Source: Tubulanus polymorphus | Taxonomy: Eukaryota > Animalia > Nemertea | Reading direction: 5' to 3' | Assembly: GCF_964204645.1 (NCBI RefSeq) | Contig: NC_134033.1 | Location: forward strand, 10,424,655 to 10,488,654 | Length of the DNA: 64,000 bases | In this document: one piece after another, positions 58,874-64,000 of the stretch | How the letters are laid out: each line of letters begins with the position of its first letter | Numbering within the stretch: the stretch's first letter is position 1 | Position numbers and translations under genes: made by a program | The notes under the pieces: generated by a model | What the model was told of the DNA's origin: nothing | Databases searched by the model: none | What the model saw: the letters and a program-made list of their open reading frames with translations, nothing else

Positions 58874-59827
58874 CTGAATTTTCCAGGATTGGCTGACTGA
58901 AAAGTCAGGGTTCAGCGGATACACGCGAATTTGCTACTTCTCCGTATTTTCAAACAAACCTATTTTTTGCGATGCATATTAAAATAAACCCCGCTGAATT
59001 TAATTTGAACAATACGAACGCGCTTAAATCGCTTAAAGCACAGTTGACTTTTAAATCCCGAACGTCATCGATGCAAACCGATGCGACTATTGTTCTGTTT
59101 CGATGTTTCATTTGTCGTAATTTATCAAATATTTGATGACGAGATATCGACAATGGATAATTTCTATATTTACCCGACGTTTAGTCTGTTCCCACTGACG
59201 ACAACAACGACACCGAGCCGTCGAGTTTGAACCGTCATCACCATCAGCCCCATCCCCCTACAAGCCTTTACACGCTAATTGAATTCACTCCGCGTCCAGC
59301 CATTGATGTAAAAACGCTTTTAAGCTCGGGCGGATGCCGGACACAAAAGCACCGCACGAATTTTAGGGTTTTTACGATCCGCTCGCAACACAATGACGAT
59401 CAACGCTAAACGACATCGACGACTAATACGCAAAATAAACAGTTTCAAAATGGCCGTATTTGTTTTGAGGCTTTATGATCAGTGAGTATCGGCCGGGTGC
59501 GGTCTCACAGCGGTAGTCACGCAGGGCGCAAACCTGAACCGTTTTGAGAGCAATGTTTACCGCGTGATTTTGTTTAATGGTGTTTAAAGTGGGAATAATT
59601 CCGATTATTTACAAAGATCTTCAGTTTTTAGTCGACGCGGAGTAAATGGCAAAATGATTAATCTATCTGCATCTCTCTCCCGGTACAGATTCACCATGTA
59701 TCATGCGTCTGTTTACTTACTGTGGTTGGTTTCGCCATTTTTCCACAAATTACTTAAACACCACCAGGATGTTGGTGAGCTCAAAGCCAACGATTTGTGG
59801 AGCACCATGGTGCACTGTTGGTTACGT

Positions 59828-62025
59828 TACCACGATGTCCTATGGGGTACTTTACCACGGTGTCTCATAGGTATACCTTACCACGGTGTTCTATGGGGTA
59901 TCTTACCGCGATGTTCTATGGGGTATCTTACCACGGTCTCCTATGGGGTATCTTACGACGGTGTTCTATAGGGTATCTTACCACGGTCTCCTATGGGGTA
60001 TCTTACGACGGTGTTCTATGGGGTATCTTACGACGGTGTTCTATGGGGTACCTTACCGCGGTGTCTTATAGGGTATCTTACCACGGTGACCTATCGGGTA
60101 TCTTACCACTGTATTCTATGGGGTATCTTACGACGGTGTTCTATGGGGTATCTTACCACGATGTTCTATGGGGTATCTTACCACGGTCTCCTATGGGGTA
60201 TCTTACGACGGTGTTCTATGGGGTATCTTACCACGGTCTCCTATGGGGTATCTTACCACGGTCTCCTATGGGGTATCTTACGACGGTGTTCTATGGGGTA
60301 TCTTACGACGGTGTTCTATGGGATATCTTACCACGGTGACCTATCGGGTATCTTACCACTGTATTCTATGGGGTATCTTTCCACGGTGTCTTATGGGTAT
60401 ACCTTACCAAGGTCTCCTATGGGGTATCTTACCACGATGTCCTATGGGGTATCTTACGACGATGTTCTATGGGGTATCTTACCACGGTCTCCTATGGGGT
60501 ATCTTACGACGGTGTTCTATGGGGTATCTTACGACGATGTTCTATGGGGTGTCTTACCACGGTCTCCTATGGGGTATCTTACGACGGTGTTCTATGGGGT
60601 ATCTTACCACGGTCTCCTATGCGGTATCTTACGACGGTGTTCTATGGGGTATCTTACGACGGTGTTCTATGGGGTATCTTACCACGGTCTCCTATGCGGT
60701 ATCTTACGACGGTGTTCTATGGGGTATCTTACGACGGTGTTCTATGAGGTATCTTACGACGGTGTTCTATGGGGTATCTTACCACGGTGACCTATGGGAT
60801 ATCTTACCATTGTGTTCTATGGGGTACCTAACCGCGGTGTTCTATGGGGTACCTTACCGCGGTGTCCTATGGGGTATCTTACCACGATGTCCTATGGGGT
60901 ATCTTACGACAGTGTTCTATGGGGTATCTTACCACGATGTTCTATGGGGTATCTTACCACGGTCTCCTATGGGGTTTCTTACGACAGTGTTCTATGGGGT
61001 ATCTTACGACGATGTTCTATGGGGTATCTTACCACGGTCTCCTATGGGGTTTCTTACGACGGTGTTCTATGGGGTATCTTACCACGATGTTCTATGGGGT
61101 ATCTTACCACGGTCTCCTATGGGGTATCTAACGACGGTGTTCTATGGGGTATCTTACCACGATGTTCTATGGGGTATCTTACCACGGTCTCCTATGGGGT
61201 ATCTAACGACGGTGTTCTATGGGGTATCTTACCACGATGTTCTATGGGGTATCTTACCGCGGTGTCTTATGGGGTATCTTACCACGATGTCCTATGGGGT
61301 ATCTTACGACGGTGTTCTATGGGGTATCTTACGACGGTGTTCTATGGGGTATCTTACGACGGTGTCCTATTGGGTATCTTACCACGATGTTCTATGGGGT
61401 ATCTTACCACGGTCTCCTATGGGGTACCTTACCACGGTCTTCTATGGGGTATCTTACGACGGTGTTCTATGGGGTATCTTACCACGGTCTCCTATGGGGT
61501 ACCTTACCACGGTCTTCTATGGGGTATCTTACGACGGTGTTCTATGGGGTATCTTACGACGGTGATCTATGGGGTATCTTACCACGGTCTCCTATGGGGT
61601 ATCTTACGACGGTGATCTATGGGGTATCTTACGACGGTGTTCTATGGGGTATCTTACGACGGTGTTCTATGGGGTATCTTACGACGGTGTCCTATGGGGT
61701 ATCTTACGACGGTGTTCTATGAGGTATCTTACGACGGTGTCCTATGGGATATCTTACGACGGTGATCTTGGGGTATCGCACGACGGTGTTCTATGGGGTA
61801 TCTTACGACGGTGTTCTATGGGGTATCTTACGACGGTGTCCTATGGGGTATCTTACGACGGTGTTCTATGGGGTATCTTACGACGGTGTTCTATGGGGTA
61901 TCTTACGACGGTGTCCTATGGGGTATCTTACGACGGTGTTCTATGAGGTATCTTACGACGGTGTCCTATGGGGTACCTAACTACGGTGTTCTGTAGGGCA
62001 CCTTACCACTTTTCTATAGGGTAAC
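59828..62025. repeat. Minisatellite, 25-bp unit
   Basis: ggggtatcttacgacggtgttctat repeated over ~2.2 kb. Confidence 0.97.
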
Positions 62026-63587
62026 TTACGATTAGTTCTGAGATCCTCAAGTTTAGGGATCTTTGTTTTGTGAAATATACCCTTTAGATCTATCATATAC
62101 ACTTATGTGCAAATTCCGTACTTCAGAGATCCCTTTTAAAGTTTAAAAAAAAATAAATTAGCACTTCTGAAGTCTCAGTTCCTTAATACATGTAGTCAGT
62201 TCATAATTTGGAGGATAAATCGGATCTCAATGATGAAGAATCAAATCTTACTCGCAACTTGATCACGGCAGAATTGTTGTCTCTGAAAAACAGCGAGAGG
62301 AGAGTAGAGTCGTGCACCTGTCATCGTGCACCTGTCAACTCGAGGTGATGAAAGCGATGTCCACGCACGCTCTCTCGCTTCCGGCCTCGTTTTCACGGGC
62401 GAAACAAAAAACCGTCTTAATTTGTAAGGAAATTCTCCGCGACGGAGGTGACTGCGGCGCGTGAGACTGACATAACCCGGAGCGGCTACAAAACAACCGC
62501 TATTGACACGGAGCCCACCGCCCTTCCGGGTTGAGGAAACCGACGAGGCAAGAATGTTTTTGAAAGCGGCTTTTGTTTTTCTTTTTCCGTGATGAAATCT
62601 TCGCCGTGTCGCAGCGGCCTCCGACGCTTAACACAATTCAATCTGTGATCTCTCAACAATCAAACAGTGAATGGGAACTCCTGCCTCACGTGTTTGGGGT
62701 AGGCATCGGATGCCGATTGCAGGGTGCGCGAGCGTCTTGACTTTTTACGGTTGGTTTCGCCGCCCCGGGTTCTAAACGAATTATCAGCCTACGAACAGCG
62801 AGCGGATCCAGCGCTGATTGATCTATCGGTGGTGTGGTATGTTTTGTGGTCTATCCGGTCGGAACCTCGTCACCCATAGCAATTAAAGAACGGGTTCAGA
62901 GTTTTTGCAGATGATTTGAGAGATAATGCGATTAATCCTCCCTGGGATTCGAACCCATTTTTGGAATCGGTAAATTGCCGTATTGATAACTTCCTCTCCC
63001 AAGATGGTTCCATTTTCAGACGTAGGCACAACGTATAATGATATAAGGCATTTTGTAAATTGACATATCTCGATAAGGCAACAAAATCAGAATCAGTTGA
63101 GTTTCAAATAGGAGATATTTTGAGAGTGCCGGTAGTTATAAATGAGTATCTAATTTTCTGTGGGGGCACTTGTATTCGCAGTTTGACTAATGTGAGTAAG
63201 AGCTGTCCATAATGTCAGAGAGTTGGACACTGATTTACCCGTATAGGCTACTCCTCTGCTGCTCCTCTGCTGTCCCAACTCCTTAGAATAATGGGAATCC
63301 CATAATGACAACGAAAAGATTAAGTCCGAAAGTCTTTCCTTGAACTGGTTATAGTTTATTCGATGATAACTAATAGTCATCTTCAGGAATACTGCTGCTG
63401 CACTTAAGTTTGAATTCTGAAAACTAGACAAGATGAAACGTGTGAGATGAAACGTGTGCATGGATAGCGGTCGTCCGTAGTTTCATCTGAAACTCGAGAT
63501 AAAAGATTACTGTATCATTTTACATTGGGTTTTTCTTGTTTTCGCAGTTTGACCGATTTGAATAAAGAGAGCTGGACACTGATTTGC

Positions 63588-63588
<1 letters not shown>

Positions 63589-63669
<81 letters not shown>
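63589..63669. repeat. (CTG/CAG)n trinucleotide repeat, about 27 units
   Basis: Uninterrupted ctg run. Confidence 0.97.
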
Positions 63670-64000
63670 ATACCGCTGATATGAACTCCTTAATCCAATC
63701 ATTCCCCGTCTCGGTATACCGCGCAGATAATCAATATAGCCCAGGTTTAGCCTCGGGGCTCGGGGATCTCTTGATCGCCCTCTCGCCTCGCCATCCACTA
63801 CTCTTAAATGAGTTTGATAACTCTCGTGGCAACTATCCTAGCCTAAATAACCGTACTGACTAAGTGTCCTCTATTCCGGGATTAATTCGACTTGAATGCG
63901 ACGAGTGAGGCTTAACTCCAGATTTAATTTGTGGTTTTAATAAGATTCTATCTCTCATGTATTACTGTAAATAGTCACTTAATGATCGTCCGTGGGCTAT

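Noticed and set aside
59654-61996. Long ORFs up to 465 aa (MGYLTTVFYGVSY...)
   Set aside because: The 25-bp minisatellite lacks stops on the plus strand; same peptide in all frames.
62935-62960. tRNA B-box-like GGGATTCGAACCC (also ~14315)
   Set aside because: No cloverleaf; at most a SINE fragment.
63520-63863. PolyQ and polyA ORFs
   Set aside because: Explained by the CTG microsatellite; no supporting gene structure.

Overview
Animal (metazoan) genomic DNA. Positions 1-~12674 are a very AT-rich, gene-dense, intronless Polinton/Maverick (adintovirus-like) endogenous virus, cut off by the left window edge. It carries a double-jelly-roll major capsid gene missed by the ORF track, a penton, a cluster of membrane/coiled-coil proteins, a zinc-finger/VLTF3-like late transcription factor and a protein-primed PolB. 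The PolB is interrupted inside its catalytic YxD|TDS motif by a full-length LAGLIDADG intein resembling giant-virus/archaeal pol-c inteins, with a 1-nt frameshift at the intein's last residue. Nearly all viral genes share a TAATTTTT..TAAATG start motif resembling poxvirus late promoters. The rest is host DNA with four spliced genes: a small secreted TSP1 protein, a CUB-trypsin protease with a CR1/L2-type LINE in intron 1, IWS1 and MPDU1. It also holds decayed LINE and MULE fragments, many MITEs, several minimal hammerhead ribozyme motifs and large minisatellites. All protein assignments come from motif recognition by eye; no database search was run.
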